A stretch of DNA of 32,000 nucleotides from Caldimicrobium thiodismutans (GCF_001548275.1 NZ_AP014945.1:1530001-1562000); one strand, 5' to 3'. Counted from the first letter of the stretch, positions 16,148 to 25,886 are shown. Numbers and translations: made by a program. Notes: generated by a model from the sequence alone, not told the origin.

Positions 16148-17455
16148 ATGGCAGAAGAAATTAAAAAGTTGGATAAAATTCTTAAAAGTTTTTTTTATTT
16201 TGGATGGACTTTACTTTTGATTTCTATATTTTTTAAACATACGAAAACTCTTTGGTGGATAGGAAATAGTTTGATTTTTTTATTTATATTTGTATTTTTT
16301 TTATTAAATAAAGAAATCTTTAAATTTTTTTATAAGTTAAGAGAGCTGAAAAATTTATTAATTATTCTTGCCATTTTTCTTTTTTTGTTACTTCTTTTTT
16401 CATTATTTATTAGTTTAAATAGGATTTATTCAATTGAAGCTTTTATTACAAATTATTTTTTTAATATTATTGTTTTTTTAAGTTTGGTATGTTTAATCTG
16501 TTTTTATAAAAATAATAACATTATATTGATATTGTTTATTTTAATATCTTTTGTCTATGTAATGTTTGTGATGTATTTATTAATGTTTTTTGGTAATTTG
16601 TGTGAATTAAATCTATCATGTTATGTTCTCTCTATTAGTAATGAGATATTTGAAGATGCCATTCTTCAAAAACCTTTAACTATATTGCCCTCAGCTTATC
16701 TTTTATGCTTTAGTGTATTTCTTATAGGTTTTATTACTGAAAGAGGCAAATTGAAATATCTGTTTTTAGTTCTTTTTAGTATTGCTTTTTTGATTATCCT
16801 TTGGTTTAATAGGCGAGCTATATTATTAGGAATTTTTTTGAGTTTGATTTTTTTTATATTTAATGCCCAATCTAAATATATTAAAAAGTTTGTTCTTTTC
16901 TTAACTGGCCTTTTTTTCATATTAGCGTTTTTAATTTTTAATAATCCTTTACTTAAAAATATGTTTTTAGGAAGGGATAACCTTTCAATACTAATTTCTA
17001 AAAATTACGAAGATTTTCCACAAAGTGGATCGCTTGGGATACGATTATATACATGGCCAATTTATATAAAGTATCTAATTAAAAATCCAGTTAAAGGAAC
17101 AGGTATTGGTAGAAAAGTTCAAAAAATAGCAATTGAGAAGGAGAATCTAGATCCTTTAGGAATTGGGAATCCTCACAATACTTTTTTAAATATATGGATG
17201 CAAGCAGGGATTCAAACTTTAATTGTTTTTTTATTACTTTATTTTATGACATTAAAAAGAGCCTTAGAATTATTTAGTTCAAGAATATTCCCCTATGATA
17301 GATTTGGTATTGGATTGGTAGTTTTTTTCATAGCTTGCTTTGTTTATATGAATTTTTTTGGAATGGAAGAAGGAACTCGCTTTGCGCCATTCTGGATAGC
17401 CTCAGGATTAACTTGGGGGTTATGGACAAAATTAAAACTTTCAAATTGGGTCTAA
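16148..17455 (+). CDS. O-antigen ligase/polymerase family (Wzy_C, WaaL-like) membrane protein
   Basis: 435 aa, very hydrophobic. Wzy_C-type periplasmic loop block GTGIGRKV...GNPHNTFLNIWMQAGIQTL. Markedly more AT-rich than its neighbours. Confidence 0.75.
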   Translation: MAEEIKKLDKILKSFFYFGWTLLLISIFFKHTKTLWWIGNSLIFLFIFVFFLLNKEIFKFFYKLRELKNLLIILAIFLFLLLLFSLFISLNRIYSIEAFITNYFFNIIVFLSLVCLICFYKNNNIILILFILISFVYVMFVMYLLMFFGNLCELNLSCYVLSISNEIFEDAILQKPLTILPSAYLLCFSVFLIGFITERGKLKYLFLVLFSIAFLIILWFNRRAILLGIFLSLIFFIFNAQSKYIKKFVLFLTGLFFILAFLIFNNPLLKNMFLGRDNLSILISKNYEDFPQSGSLGIRLYTWPIYIKYLIKNPVKGTGIGRKVQKIAIEKENLDPLGIGNPHNTFLNIWMQAGIQTLIVFLLLYFMTLKRALELFSSRIFPYDRFGIGLVVFFIACFVYMNFFGMEEGTRFAPFWIASGLTWGLWTKLKLSNWV

Positions 17456-17466
17456 TTTTGAAATAA

Positions 17467-19077
17467 ATGAAAGGGACTCTTTATATTTTTATTATTCTTA
17501 TAATCTTCGGGCTTTTACTTTATCTTCCCTTCATCTCTGGAAAGGAATTTCAAGGTGAAGAGGGAAGAAGGGTTCTCATTGCCCTTCAAATGCTTGAAAC
17601 CAAGGAATACCTTCTTCCTCAACTCTTTGGGGAGCCCTATTTTCAAAAACCCCCTCTTTTTAATCTTGCTCTGGCAGGATTTTTCAAATTAACAGGAGAT
17701 CATTCAGAATTTACTGCCAGAGCCTTTTCTGCTCTATCCATGATTGTCTCATCCCTTTTTTTAACCTCTATCTGGATGAAGATTCTGAATAGTCTGGCTG
17801 AAAGGAGAAAAGAATTTTTTATTCTTTCTCTTCTTCCAGGCCTTATCTTTCTTACCACTCCTGAAGTAATAGATAAGGCCCTGCGCGCTGAGATTGACGC
17901 CTTCTATACCTTGCTTATTACTCTTTCCCTTTTCAGCTGGTTCTATCTTCATGAAATTAAAAATAAAAAATATCTTGCCTTTGGTATCTCAGGTTTTTTC
18001 CTTGGCCTTGGAATTCTGACAAAAACCTTTCAGGCTCTCCTTTTCTTTTATCTTGCCTTTCTTCCCTATTTGTTTTTTCAAAAAAGACTTAGAGAATTCT
18101 CTGGACTTCCTCATTTTTTTGGAATTTTAACCATTTTTTCGGTCTTTTTTTTCTGGGCCATTCCTGTAAGTCAGAAGGTAGGCTTAAAGCCCTTTATTTC
18201 AGCCTGGCTTTCTGAATACCTTTCTTCAGCTCGTGCTCAGGAGATGGGATTTCTTCAGCACCTTGAAAGTTTTACTCTTCAAGCTCTTCTTGGCTTTTCC
18301 CCCTGGATCTTTACTTTGCTGGCATTAAGGAAAGAACCCTTAAGAAACTTCTTTAAAGAAAGAGAACCTCTTAATAAACTACTACTTTTTAGCCTTTTTT
18401 TATTTGTTTTTGGTTATTTCTTTCATTTTCTCTTTCCAGGAGCAAGGCTCCGCTACATGCTTCCCTCAATTTCAGGCCTGGTAATGACTGCAACCCTTGT
18501 TTTTTATTACTATTTACAAAGAGATAAACTTTCACAAACTTTACAAACCCTTTTAAAACTCTTTTTATGGCTAAATATAATTTTACTTTTTGCTTTTATA
18601 ATTTACCTTCTTTACAGAACTTTTGAAGTTTCTCCATTCTTTTATCTATTTGTTATCTTTTTTCTTTTTCTTAATTTATTTTTCTTATTAAAAAAATTAA
18701 ATTCTTCGGTTTCTCTTTTTTTCTACCTTGTTCTTTATGTCTTTTTTGCAAAGCAGATTTATGTTAGTTTTTATTACCCCCTTCATCAGAAAGAGATGAA
18801 TTATTTTAGAAATTCAGCCTTTGAAATCGCAGAGCTTATCAAAGATAAAAAAGAGCTCTATCTCTGTCAAGTTATACCTCACCATCTGATATATTATCTT
18901 AAATACCGTTATCAATTAATTGAAAAGGTAGAATATCTTAAAGATTGCACAAGTCTTCCAGAAAAAAGCTACATTCTTTTAAAAGATAAAAATTTACTTT
19001 CCGAGAAAAATAATATAATTAAAATATATCCTTTAGAAATTAGAGGTAAAAATTACTTTCTTATAAAAACAGAATAA
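17467..19077 (+). CDS. Second ArnT/PMT-like GT-C glycosyltransferase
   Basis: 536 aa polytopic membrane protein with the loop motif EEGRRVLIALQMLETKEYLLPQLFGEPYFQKPPLFN, similar to the ArnT family signature. Confidence 0.75.
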   Translation: MKGTLYIFIILIIFGLLLYLPFISGKEFQGEEGRRVLIALQMLETKEYLLPQLFGEPYFQKPPLFNLALAGFFKLTGDHSEFTARAFSALSMIVSSLFLTSIWMKILNSLAERRKEFFILSLLPGLIFLTTPEVIDKALRAEIDAFYTLLITLSLFSWFYLHEIKNKKYLAFGISGFFLGLGILTKTFQALLFFYLAFLPYLFFQKRLREFSGLPHFFGILTIFSVFFFWAIPVSQKVGLKPFISAWLSEYLSSARAQEMGFLQHLESFTLQALLGFSPWIFTLLALRKEPLRNFFKEREPLNKLLLFSLFLFVFGYFFHFLFPGARLRYMLPSISGLVMTATLVFYYYLQRDKLSQTLQTLLKLFLWLNIILLFAFIIYLLYRTFEVSPFFYLFVIFFLFLNLFFLLKKLNSSVSLFFYLVLYVFFAKQIYVSFYYPLHQKEMNYFRNSAFEIAELIKDKKELYLCQVIPHHLIYYLKYRYQLIEKVEYLKDCTSLPEKSYILLKDKNLLSEKNNIIKIYPLEIRGKNYFLIKTE

Positions 19078-19090
19078 TTATTTTAAGTAA

Positions 19091-19843
19091 TTATTTAAGA
19101 TTAAATTTTCTTTCTCGCTTTTTTCTTTTTTTAATCTTCAGTTCTGTATAGTATTCGTAATGAACTTTTCCTAATTCACCCAAGAGATTCTGATAGGCTT
19201 TGAAAATGAGAGTTCCTGCCTCTTTTAGACCAATCCACTCAAGGGTCATGGCAAGGGCTGAAAGATCTTTTAATCGCTCTTTTTTAGATAGGGAAGTTTC
19301 AAGAATTTTTATTCCATCAAGATCAAAGATTTTAAAGCCCTCTTTGGTGTAAAAAAAATTATTATACTTAGTATCCCTAAGAAGAATTCCCTTTTCATGA
19401 AGACTGAAAATGAAATTAACAAGATTTATAAGAAGGGTTTGGGAATTTTCCCTGAAAAAAAGTTCCTCTTTTAGAAAGCCTTCCTCTATAAAGGGATAGA
19501 GAATTCCCCCATAAAAGGGATGCCTTTTTAAATAGGAAAAGAGAGGCCTTTCATAAAAGATGAGGAGAGGATATAATACAGGAATATTTCTTTTTTTTAA
19601 CATTTGAAGATTTTTTATGAAGGCTTTAATTCTGTTTCGTTTAAAGAGTCTTGGTTGATAGACCTTAAGAAAATAAAGGGGTTTTTCTGAGTTGAAGGGT
19701 GAGAGCAAGAAAACAAGATGAGAGGGGGAACGCTTTAGAATTTTAAAGCTAAAGGGTTTAAGAAAAAGAGTTTCTGGGCTTTCAGCCTCACTATAAACAA
19801 AGAATTTAAAGTTTTTCCATTCAGGAAAAAGTATTTCAAGCAT
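19091..19843 (-). CDS. Lipopolysaccharide kinase (Kdo/WaaP/RIO-like) family protein
   Basis: 250 aa with protein-kinase-like blocks: candidate ATP-binding Lys (YFLKVY), catalytic-loop-like GILLRDTKYNNFF and metal-binding-like KIFDLDG. LPS locus context. The motifs are degenerate, so the product call is tentative. Confidence 0.55.
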   Translation of the reverse strand: MLEILFPEWKNFKFFVYSEAESPETLFLKPFSFKILKRSPSHLVFLLSPFNSEKPLYFLKVYQPRLFKRNRIKAFIKNLQMLKKRNIPVLYPLLIFYERPLFSYLKRHPFYGGILYPFIEEGFLKEELFFRENSQTLLINLVNFIFSLHEKGILLRDTKYNNFFYTKEGFKIFDLDGIKILETSLSKKERLKDLSALAMTLEWIGLKEAGTLIFKAYQNLLGELGKVHYEYYTELKIKKRKKRERKFNLK

Positions 19844-19852
19844 AAAAGTTAT

Positions 19853-20908
19853 TTAGAGATCAAGATAATTGAGCAAACAATCCACATAGTTATCCCAGGT
19901 GAGGTGATTAATTAAATGGTGAATTTTTACAGGATCAAAGGGGGTATGCATAGCCTTAAGGATAGCTGATTTTAAAGAAGATATATTTCTTTCAACCACA
20001 AAGCCATTTAAGCCCTCTTTTACAAATTCAGATGTTCCATCATGGTGAGTGGTTATAACAGGGGTTCCGCTTGCTAAGGCTTCAAGGGTTGCAAGGGCGC
20101 CAGGGTCATATAAGGTTGGAAGCACAAAGAGATCACACATAGCATAGATCTCCTCAAGATTTTTAACCTTACCGAGATAATGAATTCTCTCTGTAGAGTT
20201 TCCTTCTGCCCCTGCAATAATTAATTTTACTTTGGGAGGAAGGTTCGGTAAAACTTTTAAAATCAAATCAAGTCCCTTTCTTCTGGTATCGTATCCCACA
20301 AAAAGAATAAGAAAATCCCATTCAGAAAAACCCCATTTTTTTCTTAAAGGGTTTTTTTGAGATTTTAAGAGGGGATTGAATTTGGAAAAATCCATGCCTC
20401 TGTAGCAGATAAAGGTTTTTTCATAGGCAAAGGGATAATAGCTTTTAATTAGGGTTTTCCCCAAAGAAAAGAGGGAGATGACCTTTTTAGCAGAAAGAAG
20501 GGCTTTTTTTTCAAGATTAAGAAGGATTCTATAGCGGGGTCTTAATTTGGCTAAAAAGGGCCTCTTCTGGGCTAAGAGATGGGCTATAAGAGGGTCACAC
20601 ATAATAAAAAGATCTGAAGGATAGGGATAGCGAAAAAAACTTATTAGTTTATAATTACCAAGTTTAGAAAGAAGTCTTTTTGCCTGAAAAATAAAGAAAA
20701 GATGCTTAGGAATAGATCCAAAGCCCTTAATTTTTACAGGATAAAATTTAATTTCTTTAAGGATTTCTTTGGGAAAGGAGATGGTATGGGCAATAATTCC
20801 TATTTTAAAGCCCTTTTCAAGGAGTTTTACAGCTACCATTCCAGCATGATACTCTGCCCCTCCAATCCCAAACCCAATTTTTGGCCTAAGGATAAGAATT
20901 TCCCTCAT
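19853..20908 (-). CDS. GT4-family (GT-B fold) glycosyltransferase
   Basis: 351 aa with the C-terminal EX7E-type block (EALASGTPVITTHHDGTSEFVKEGLNGFVV) typical of RfaG/WaaG-like GT4 enzymes. Confidence 0.85.
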   Translation of the reverse strand: MREILILRPKIGFGIGGAEYHAGMVAVKLLEKGFKIGIIAHTISFPKEILKEIKFYPVKIKGFGSIPKHLFFIFQAKRLLSKLGNYKLISFFRYPYPSDLFIMCDPLIAHLLAQKRPFLAKLRPRYRILLNLEKKALLSAKKVISLFSLGKTLIKSYYPFAYEKTFICYRGMDFSKFNPLLKSQKNPLRKKWGFSEWDFLILFVGYDTRRKGLDLILKVLPNLPPKVKLIIAGAEGNSTERIHYLGKVKNLEEIYAMCDLFVLPTLYDPGALATLEALASGTPVITTHHDGTSEFVKEGLNGFVVERNISSLKSAILKAMHTPFDPVKIHHLINHLTWDNYVDCLLNYLDL

Positions 20909-20941
20909 AAAGAAATTATATCATAAAATTAGAGGACTTTA

Positions 20942-21666
20942 ATGTATTTCATGAAAGATACCTTTTTTGAAAAAATAGGATATCCAAGCTGGGTTGAAAA
21001 AATTTTCTATTTAGGATTAATTTTTCTTTCCTTTGCTATTTTTTTAAAACATACAAAAGGTTTGTTTTGGTTTCAGAAAGATATATAAAAAAAATAATTT
21101 TAGTGTTATTAGCCATGGTAAGTGTATTACTTAGCCTTTTTATTTTAACACCCTTTGGTCAAGAAATTATGTTTAAATCTCGGGATAAGATAGAGTTGTT
21201 GCTAAGCATAAATAAGGAGGATTGGGCTAAAGCAGGCTCTATGGGATATAGACTTTATATCTGGCCCATATATTTGAAAAAATCTTTAGAAGAACCCTTT
21301 TCAGGAACAGGCCTTGGAAGAAGGGTGCAAAAAAGAGTTCTTTCTGAAACCAATAAAAAAGCCCTCTCCCTTGAGCACGCCCATAATATCTTCTTAAATA
21401 TAGCCCTTCAAGCAGGCTGGCATACTGCTCTTCTCTTTCTTATCTTTTATCTGGTTATCCTTAAAAAAGCCTATGGCCTTATAAAGGGGCCAAACTCAAG
21501 GCCCTATTATACAGGGCTTTTCATCTTTTTAATAGCCTTTTTTATTATGTCTCTCTTTGAAGGAATGGAGGAGGGGGTAAGATTTACTCCCTTCTGGATA
21601 GTTTCAGGGCTTATCTGGGGCTTTAATTTGAAAGAAAGAGAAAAAGCCCTTCTTGAGAATAGATGA
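20942..21666 (+). pseudogene. Internally deleted, frameshifted WaaL-like O-antigen ligase paralog
   Basis: A 48-codon ORF at 20942-21088 (VEKIFYLGLIFLSFAIFLKHTKGLFWF) aligns with residues ~13-38 of the 16148 ligase (LKSFFYFGWTLLLISIFFKHTKTLWW). It stops at TAA 21086-21088. The 21067-21666 ORF, in a different frame, aligns with residues ~242-435 (SERYIKK vs SKYIKK; GTGLGRRV...HAHNIFLNIALQAG; GMEEGVRFTPFWIVSGL). About 200 central residues are missing. Confidence 0.65.
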
Positions 21667-22805
21667 AAAATCTTCCAAAGGTTTCCCTTTTCCTTGATAA
21701 TAGAGCCAATCGGAGAAACATTCTTCAAGTTCTTGCCCTGGATAAGGCAGGTCTAAATCCAAAAATAATTGTTTTTAAAGACTTTCCAAAGGATCACTAT
21801 CTCTTTAAAAAAGGTTTAGGAGATAAGCTAATTTATCTTTCAAAAACAAGAAATGAAGGATTTCGCAAATTTTCCCTTAAGGTTCTCTTTGAACTTATCA
21901 AAATTCTGAGAAAAGAAAATATTAAAGTTGTCCTTACACAGAGATGGCGTCTTGTAAAATATTTAGTATTGGCTAAGTTGTTTTATCGAGATCTCAAGAT
22001 TATTTATCATCTTGTTATTGGAGGAAGGTTTGAAAGACTTAGAAGAAGAATTTTTTTGCGTCTTATTTCCCCTTTTTTAGATAAGCTCACTGTAAATAGT
22101 AAAGCCCTAAGAGAAGAAATTCTCAGGTATAGAGTATTTCCAAAAGAAAAAGTTGAGATTTTGTATTCTGCAGTGGATCCTAAGGAGTTTGAGCTTTCTT
22201 TAAGTAAGGAAGAGGCAAGAAGGAGGCTTGGGCTACAAGAGGAAATTTTTCTTTTTGGCATGATAGCTAAGTTCAGAAAGGAAAAGGATCAGGAAGGGCT
22301 TATTAAGACCTTTGCTGAGCTTTTGAAAGAGGAAGTTTCAGCCTGGCTTCTTCTTGCAGGAGATGGTCCAAATTGGGAGAAATGTAAAAGCCTTACTAAA
22401 GCCCTTGGGATTGAGGATAGAGTGTTTTTTCCGGGTAGAATTCATCTTGATGAGGTTCCTCTCTGGCTTAAAGTCTTAGATGTTTTTGTTTATGCTACCT
22501 TTAGAGAGGGTATGCCTATGGCTGTGCTTGAAGCCATGGCAAGTGGGCTTCCCATAATTGCTACCTCAGCTGAGGGTCTTCCTGATATCTTTGATACACC
22601 TCTTGAGATAGGAAGACTTGTTCCTATAGGAGATTACTCAGCATTAAAAAGGGCCATGAAGGAACTCTATGAACTTTCAGAGGAAGAAAGAAAAAAACTG
22701 GGAGAAAATGCCAGAAAAAGACTTAATGAGGGTTTTTCTCCTTCAGCTCTTGAAGAAAAAACCCTTTCCCTATTTAAAGAACTCCTCAATCAGAATAAGT
22801 CTTAA
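21663..22805 (+). CDS. GT4-family (GT-B fold) glycosyltransferase
   Basis: 380 aa with the block EGMPMAVLEAMASGLPIIATSAEGLPDIF...GRLVPIGD typical of GT4. Its start overlaps the stop of the upstream ligase remnant (ATGA). Confidence 0.85.
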   Translation: MKNLPKVSLFLDNRANRRNILQVLALDKAGLNPKIIVFKDFPKDHYLFKKGLGDKLIYLSKTRNEGFRKFSLKVLFELIKILRKENIKVVLTQRWRLVKYLVLAKLFYRDLKIIYHLVIGGRFERLRRRIFLRLISPFLDKLTVNSKALREEILRYRVFPKEKVEILYSAVDPKEFELSLSKEEARRRLGLQEEIFLFGMIAKFRKEKDQEGLIKTFAELLKEEVSAWLLLAGDGPNWEKCKSLTKALGIEDRVFFPGRIHLDEVPLWLKVLDVFVYATFREGMPMAVLEAMASGLPIIATSAEGLPDIFDTPLEIGRLVPIGDYSALKRAMKELYELSEEERKKLGENARKRLNEGFSPSALEEKTLSLFKELLNQNKS

Positions 22806-24327
22806 GAAAAATATTGTGATTGAACCAGGCTGAAATAAGGAAAAGACGCACAAAAAGTTTTTGAAAAAATTTATCATTCTTTGCCTTTTCTTTGATTTTT
22901 TCCCACAGATTTTTCAAAAACCCTTTTTCCCATAATTGACAAGAAAAAATTTCTTCCTCCACATAAAAGGATAGCCCTCTTAAAAAGTTATAGGCACTAA
23001 ATCCATAGGAAAATTTTCCAAGAGCATCTGAATCAAGATCAAGCTTTTCTTTAAGAATTTCCCTTAAAAGAATTTTATTTTTAAAGGTTTTTCTATCAAA
23101 GAGATATTTTTCTGGGAGGCTTCCTACATATTTTGCTAATTCTTCATCACCCCAGGGGAAGATAAAATTTAATTGATAGGCTTCGGCAAAATTTCGCACT
23201 TTTTGGGTAACAAGGGAGAGTTCAGCGTGAGTCCCCCAGAGATCGGCTTTTAAGTCAAAATAATCCCAGTTTTTACGGTCTTTTTCCCAGTTCTTAAATA
23301 TGGGATAAACTCTTTCAGCCTCTGGATAAATTTTTTTACAATCTCTAAAAGTAAAACCAAGAAGGTGATAAAAGGGATATTCACTCCGATAAAGAGAGAG
23401 TTTTTGGAGGGGATTCCCTGAGGGAAGGCGCTCGGAAAGGGGTTTTAAAAGGGATAAAACCGTATATAGATTTTGGCGTGTATATTCAACCTTTCTGGGG
23501 ACATGACCAAAGTAGACATCATTTCCTGATCCATCAAGGATAGTGTGACCTGAAAAGTCATATGTCAGGGTATAAAGAGGATAAGCAAGTGAGACTCCAT
23601 CTCCACAGGGAAGTGTAATGTTTGCAAAATATTTCTGTAAAATTTCTATATGTTTAAGTTCAGGCTTTTCAGGAACTGGTAATTTTATATGTCTAAATCC
23701 GAGTTTTTTAGCAAGTTTTTCTGCAATCTTACTTTCGTCTTTTCTATCTTCAGTTGCAAGAGTGCCAAAGATGGCTTTTTCTTGAAGGCCTGCCTCAGAA
23801 AGAGCAAGAGCTATAGTGTTACTATCTTTACCAAGACTTTGAAAAAGAAAAAGGGGACTTCCTTTATCCCATCTTTTAAAAATCGCCTCAATAATTAGGT
23901 TTAATAAATAATTTTTATCTGGTTTTAAATTTTTTTCTCTTTTTTGGTTAAAATAAGGAAATTCATGTTTAAACTCAAGGAGAAGACCTCTTTCTCCTTC
24001 GTAAATCTCAACCCTATCGCCTAAGGAGAGAACATAAAGGTTTTCAAATATGGTAAAGGGAGAGGGAATAAAGCCATACTGGAGAAAGAAAGTAAGGCCA
24101 AGGGGTGAAATTTTTAAAGGTTTAGAAACAAAGGGGTGGGAGAGAATATCCTTAGGATACTCTCCTAAAAGAAGAAGCTCCTTTTCTTGAAGATAGTAAA
24201 AATATATGGGATATCCTGCGGTTATGGGACCTTTTATAGTAAGAGGCAGGTCTTTTTTTTCTATTATTTTTATTGAATTCTTTGTCTCCATCATGGCAAA
24301 GGAGAAGTTATAGGGGTTTTCCTTCAT
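22786..24327 (-). CDS. Asparagine synthetase B-like ATP-dependent amidoligase lacking the N-terminal Cys nucleophile
   Basis: 513 aa with a PP-loop-like motif (LFLFQSLGKDSNTIALAL, compare SGGLDSS). The AsnB interdomain block FLQYGFIPSPFTIFENLYVLSLGDRVEI is present. The N-terminus is MKENPYN or MMETKN, with no Cys2. Confidence 0.65.
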   Translation of the reverse strand: MKENPYNFSFAMMETKNSIKIIEKKDLPLTIKGPITAGYPIYFYYLQEKELLLLGEYPKDILSHPFVSKPLKISPLGLTFFLQYGFIPSPFTIFENLYVLSLGDRVEIYEGERGLLLEFKHEFPYFNQKREKNLKPDKNYLLNLIIEAIFKRWDKGSPLFLFQSLGKDSNTIALALSEAGLQEKAIFGTLATEDRKDESKIAEKLAKKLGFRHIKLPVPEKPELKHIEILQKYFANITLPCGDGVSLAYPLYTLTYDFSGHTILDGSGNDVYFGHVPRKVEYTRQNLYTVLSLLKPLSERLPSGNPLQKLSLYRSEYPFYHLLGFTFRDCKKIYPEAERVYPIFKNWEKDRKNWDYFDLKADLWGTHAELSLVTQKVRNFAEAYQLNFIFPWGDEELAKYVGSLPEKYLFDRKTFKNKILLREILKEKLDLDSDALGKFSYGFSAYNFLRGLSFYVEEEIFSCQLWEKGFLKNLWEKIKEKAKNDKFFQKLFVRLFLISAWFNHNIFLKTYSD

Positions 24328-24988
24328 TTTTTCTTTTTAAGGTGCGAAAGCGGATGCGAGAGATTTTAAATTTCAAAAGAATTTTCTGTAAAGGAGATAA
24401 TCTTCCTGTTAACTCTTCGTAAAATTTTAGAAAGTTTTGAAAATAATGAGGGCCTTTTTCTCCCAGATATTCTTCAAAGGAATAACCAAGTTGAGCCAGA
24501 TCCTTCACTTGATAATAGAAGGAAAAGACCTTAGTATTTTTTATTCTTGCCACATCAAGAAAGGAAAGCCTCTTTGTTTCTTCATCCCAGTAAAAATGAT
24601 TGAGATAACAATCCTGATGAAAAAGATTTTCTTTATGAAGTTTTCCAAGAAGTAAAGAAAGAGCTTTTAAATATTTATCTTCTGAGTCTGATTTTTTTAG
24701 GATTTCTGAAAGAGGAGTTCCCCTTAAGGCCTCCATGCCGATAACTATTTTTTCTTTTTCTTCTTTTATAAAGAGGGGTTTTGGAACAGGAAATCCCTTT
24801 TCATAAAGAAACTTCAAATTTTCCCACTCCCTTTTCACTTCATCAAAATTATCAAAATACTCCTTTAGATAAAACTTCATACCCTCATATTCATATCCAG
24901 TTATTTTCCGATATCTTTTTTGATGAACAAAAAAGGGAGATTTCAAATCTTTAAGAGAAATTTCTTTAATCTTTTCTTCCCAAACCAT
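24308..24988 (-). CDS. WaaP/InaA-type lipopolysaccharide core kinase
   Basis: 226 aa. Catalytic block LFHQDCYLNHFYW resembles the WaaP/InaA HRDCYxCHF signature, followed by SFLDVAR. LPS locus context. Confidence 0.65.
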   Translation of the reverse strand: MVWEEKIKEISLKDLKSPFFVHQKRYRKITGYEYEGMKFYLKEYFDNFDEVKREWENLKFLYEKGFPVPKPLFIKEEKEKIVIGMEALRGTPLSEILKKSDSEDKYLKALSLLLGKLHKENLFHQDCYLNHFYWDEETKRLSFLDVARIKNTKVFSFYYQVKDLAQLGYSFEEYLGEKGPHYFQNFLKFYEELTGRLSPLQKILLKFKISRIRFRTLKRKNEGKPL

Positions 24989-25886
24989 GGAAAAGACTTT
25001 TTAAAAAGATTTTTGTCTTGAGTTTAAGAAGGGCTTTTTTCCTTTTACCAGAGGGGTAGATTTTTTCTGCTTCTTTAAGAAAGTTTTTGGCTAAAGGAAA
25101 ATTTTTTTGTCTATAAGCCCTTTTTGTGCCCTCTATGTAAGCAAGAAAAAGGGCATAGGGCTTTAAAGGTTGAAATTCTTCAGGTAAATCTTGAAAGAGA
25201 AGCTCTACTGATTCTTTGAGAGAGGAAAAATAATTTGCATCAGAATGTCTAAGTCTTTGGGGGTGTTCCCTGATGATGCCAAAAGCTTCATTTATTATTA
25301 AGGGGTTATGAAAAATAAGCCATTTGGCTTTTACTGAAAAATCTTCTCTTACTCTTAGCCCCGGGTGAAAGGGGTATCTATAAGCTACTTCTCTTTTTAC
25401 CACATATAAGGCTTCAGAATAAGCTCCTTCAAGATAGGCTTTAAATTTTTTTAAAGGATTCTCTTCCAGAGGAAAGGCCTTAAATTTAAGTTTTCCCCCC
25501 TTTTCTCTAAAAGTATTTAAAATTAAGACTTCAGGCCTCTTTTGAGAAATTAAATATTTAATTTTTTCAAGAGCTCCATTAAGAAGGATGTCATCGGAAT
25601 CAAGGAAAAAGATATACTGGCCTTTAGCAAGGTTTAACCCACTATTTCTTGCTTGAGAGACTCCAAGATTTTGGGAATGTCTATGTATCTTAACTTCAGA
25701 ATGATTTTGAGAGACCTCCTTTAAAAATTCCCAGGTTCCATCCTCTGAGCCATCATCAACCACAATTATTTCAATAGATTTGGAATTAACCTGTGACCAA
25801 ACCGAATTAAGAGTATCCTTTAAGAGGGTGAGGCGGTTATAAGTAGGTATTATTATAGAAAGAAGGGGTGATTCTAAGGTATTCAT
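24966..25886 (-). CDS. GT2-family glycosyltransferase (copy A)
   Basis: 306 aa with GT-A motifs (LSIIIPTYNRLTLL, IIVVDDGSEDGT, FFLDSDD). Paralog of 28036-28896. Confidence 0.85.
   Translation of the reverse strand: MNTLESPLLSIIIPTYNRLTLLKDTLNSVWSQVNSKSIEIIVVDDGSEDGTWEFLKEVSQNHSEVKIHRHSQNLGVSQARNSGLNLAKGQYIFFLDSDDILLNGALEKIKYLISQKRPEVLILNTFREKGGKLKFKAFPLEENPLKKFKAYLEGAYSEALYVVKREVAYRYPFHPGLRVREDFSVKAKWLIFHNPLIINEAFGIIREHPQRLRHSDANYFSSLKESVELLFQDLPEEFQPLKPYALFLAYIEGTKRAYRQKNFPLAKNFLKEAEKIYPSGKRKKALLKLKTKIFLKSLFHGLGRKD

Noticed and set aside
22786-24988. Possibility that the AsnB-like protein plus the adjacent kinase form a lasso-peptide (cyclase plus tailoring kinase) gene cluster.
   Set aside because: There is no transglutaminase-like leader protease, no PqqD-like RRE and no plausible short precursor ORF nearby. 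The kinase has the WaaP/InaA signature rather than the HPr-kinase type. The surrounding genes are all envelope glycan enzymes.
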